Of a DNA stretch of 64,000 nt, positions 62,363 through 64,000 are shown one piece after another. The notes below the pieces were generated by a model. That model saw nothing but the letters and a program-made list of their open reading frames with translations, did no database searches and was not told the origin of the DNA. Source of the stretch: a virus; the IMG/VR virus record IMGVR_UViG_3300028786_000007, positions 1 to 64,000 of that record; one strand, 5' to 3'. Position numbers and translations under genes: made by a program. Each line of letters starts with the position of its first letter. Within the stretch, counting starts at the first letter, position 1.

Positions 62363-62792
62363 GGCACGTATCTGGCGAGCCCGGAATTGGATGCCCGCTT
62401 ATGACAAGTTGCCCCCGGAGCTCCGCAAGGCAATGCGGGAAGCCTTCTACGAGAACCACGACCCCACCGAGTTCCTGCCTTTTACCCTGTCACGCCACAA
62501 CCGCATCGAGCCAATGATCGAACAGATCAAGCGCGTTGATGAGGCTAAACTCGCAGATTGCCCGGTGGAACAGGTTGCCCGCGGCAGAGGCCGGCCGGTT
62601 GATACCGAAAGTGCCTTGGACCGGGCACTCAAGGGGAAGCGGCTCCCCAAGCCGGACCCGACTTCCCTACGCGCCGCGGCTGACCGCGCCCTGGAGCCCC
62701 CTACTTCCACTGCACCCTGCGAAGAATCTCCGTCGCCCGAACCCACCGACGCATCTGTTCTTTCTCGGCTGCGGAGGATGATCGGTGGCTGA
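62352..62792 (+). CDS. Hypothetical protein
   Basis: Overlaps both neighbours; M.AYD.LPPELR. Confidence 0.6.
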   Translation: MASEARIWRARNWMPAYDKLPPELRKAMREAFYENHDPTEFLPFTLSRHNRIEPMIEQIKRVDEAKLADCPVEQVARGRGRPVDTESALDRALKGKRLPKPDPTSLRAAADRALEPPTSTAPCEESPSPEPTDASVLSRLRRMIGG

Positions 62793-64000
62793 CACGCTCC
62801 TCGCGAGTTCGGCCCAGACCCGTTCCCTGCCCAGCTGGCAAGTTGCCTGGCTCCGCTCCAAAAACGATCCGTATATTTTCACAACCGGTGTATTGGGCGT
62901 CCTTCCAGTCGGAGCGCCGAATCCCAATAACGAGCCGCAACTGGAGTTCTGGCAAGAGCAGGTACTTCGAGCAATACCGTTGCATGACCGTATTTCCATC
63001 CGGTCCGGTCACGGTGTAGGTAAGGGCGCTTTCATGAGCTGGATCGTGCTCTGGGCGTTGCTCACTCACGATGACGTTAAGATACCCGTTGCCGCCAACT
63101 CCCAGAACCAGCTCCGCGACAACAATTGGCCAGAAATAGCCAAATGGCACAAGCGGCTTCCGGAACCGCTCCGTGAACAGATAGAGGTTCAGTCCGAGAA
63201 GGTTATTATCAAGGTTGCTCCCGAAAGCGCTTTCGCCGTGCGCCGGACAGCAACGAAAGAAAACCCCGAAGCCCTTCAAGGCTTGCGTGGAACCGCGACG
63301 TTCTACCTGATCGACGAAGCTTCCGGCATCCCGGACATTATCTTCGAAGTCGCCCAAGGCTCACTCTCCTCGCCCGGCGCTAAAGCGCTGCTGTTTTCCA
63401 ACCCGACCCGCGCGTCGGGCTTCTTCTATGACACCCACCATAAATTGCGCGGCCGGTGGAAAACCTTTGTGGTTAACTCGGAAGATGTCCCGCGCGCCCG
63501 CGGTCACATTGAAGACATCATCCAAGCTTACGGTAAGGGCTCCAATAAATACCGCGTCCGCGTCCTGGGCGAATTTCCGACCGCTGATGACGAGACGGTT
63601 ATCCCGCTGGAACTCATGGAAGCTGCACGCTTCCGAGAAATCTCCGTACCCAACGTCTACCCGGTGTGGGGACTGGACGTGGCCCGCTACGGTGACGACA
63701 GCACTGCGCTGTGCAAGCGTAAAGGCAATATGCTGCTGGAGCCAATCAGGGAGTGGCACCAGAAGGATACGATGCAAGTCGCCGGCCTGATTAAGGCTGA
63801 GTACGAAGCTACTCGCCCTGATGAAAAGCCGCAAGAGATCCTGATCGACGTGATCGGCCTGGGCGCGGGCGTGGTCGACCGGCTAGCCGAGTTGCGCTTG
63901 CCTGTGACCGGTATCAATGTCGGCGAATCGCCGGCCGCGGAAGACCTCTATATGCGGCTGCGTGATGAACTGTGGTTTAAGGGTCGCAAGTGGTTCATGG
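62785..64000 (+). CDS. terL: Terminase large subunit (runs off the window end)
   Basis: Translated by hand from GTG 62785: RSGHGVGK (Walker A), YLIDEASG (Walker B), SNPTR, RVLGEFP, WGLDVARYGDD (RNase H nuclease). Confidence 0.93.
   Translation, partial: MADTLLASSAQTRSLPSWQVAWLRSKNDPYIFTTGVLGVLPVGAPNPNNEPQLEFWQEQVLRAIPLHDRISIRSGHGVGKGAFMSWIVLWALLTHDDVKIPVAANSQNQLRDNNWPEIAKWHKRLPEPLREQIEVQSEKVIIKVAPESAFAVRRTATKENPEALQGLRGTATFYLIDEASGIPDIIFEVAQGSLSSPGAKALLFSNPTRASGFFYDTHHKLRGRWKTFVVNSEDVPRARGHIEDIIQAYGKGSNKYRVRVLGEFPTADDETVIPLELMEAARFREISVPNVYPVWGLDVARYGDDSTALCKRKGNMLLEPIREWHQKDTMQVAGLIKAEYEATRPDEKPQEILIDVIGLGAGVVDRLAELRLPVTGINVGESPAAEDLYMRLRDELWFKGRKWFM

Larger units (their letters stand above)
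1..64000. mobile_element. Tailed dsDNA bacteriophage genome segment (podovirus-like); no host genes or integrase recognised
   Basis: Major capsid, tail, ejection proteins, TerS/TerL, PolA and RNR, tightly packed overlapping ORFs and phage-type tRNAs. Confidence 0.97.

Noticed and set aside
1-64000. CRISPR array, integrase/att site, rRNA, alternative genetic code
   Set aside because: No regularly spaced repeats, recombinase motifs or rRNA seen; genes read full length in the standard code with all three stop codons used.

Overview
The whole window is part of a GC-rich tailed dsDNA phage genome. It has podovirus-type virion genes (N4-gp56/DUF4043-like major capsid, P22-like tail and ejection proteins), and the host is probably an alphaproteobacterium (inferred from the Omp25/RopB-like porin). 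Layout: (1) 1-1760, a dense array of structured non-coding RNAs with one canonical tRNA-Asn and several tRNA-shaped RNAs whose anticodon domains are rewired, one resembling a miniature tmRNA; (2) 1.9-10 kb, class II RNR and accessory genes (porin, Tad2-like sponge fusion, J-domain protein, Nudix); (3) 10-23 kb, a 5-hydroxymethyluracil-based thymidine hypermodification and replication cluster (amino acid:DNA transferase, FAD oxidoreductase, amidoligase, LMW phosphatase, P-loop kinase, 5-hmdU DNA kinase family, dUMP hydroxymethylase, HD hydrolase, DUF3310, PolA, dCMP deaminase) interrupted by two GIY-YIG-type endonuclease genes; (4) 26.8-51.5 kb, virion genes including a 3050-aa polyvalent ejection protein with zincin, kinase and several ADP-ribosyltransferase-like domains; (5) 51.6-58.3 kb, a minus-strand early-type region with tRNA-Cys; (6) HTH regulator, RNA ligase, Nudix, TerS and TerL (truncated by the window end). 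The best candidates for new biology are an amidoligase-capped thymidine hypermodification pathway, the array of tRNA-mimic ncRNAs, and the injected kinase/ART polyvalent protein. All family assignments come from motif recognition by eye; no database search was run.
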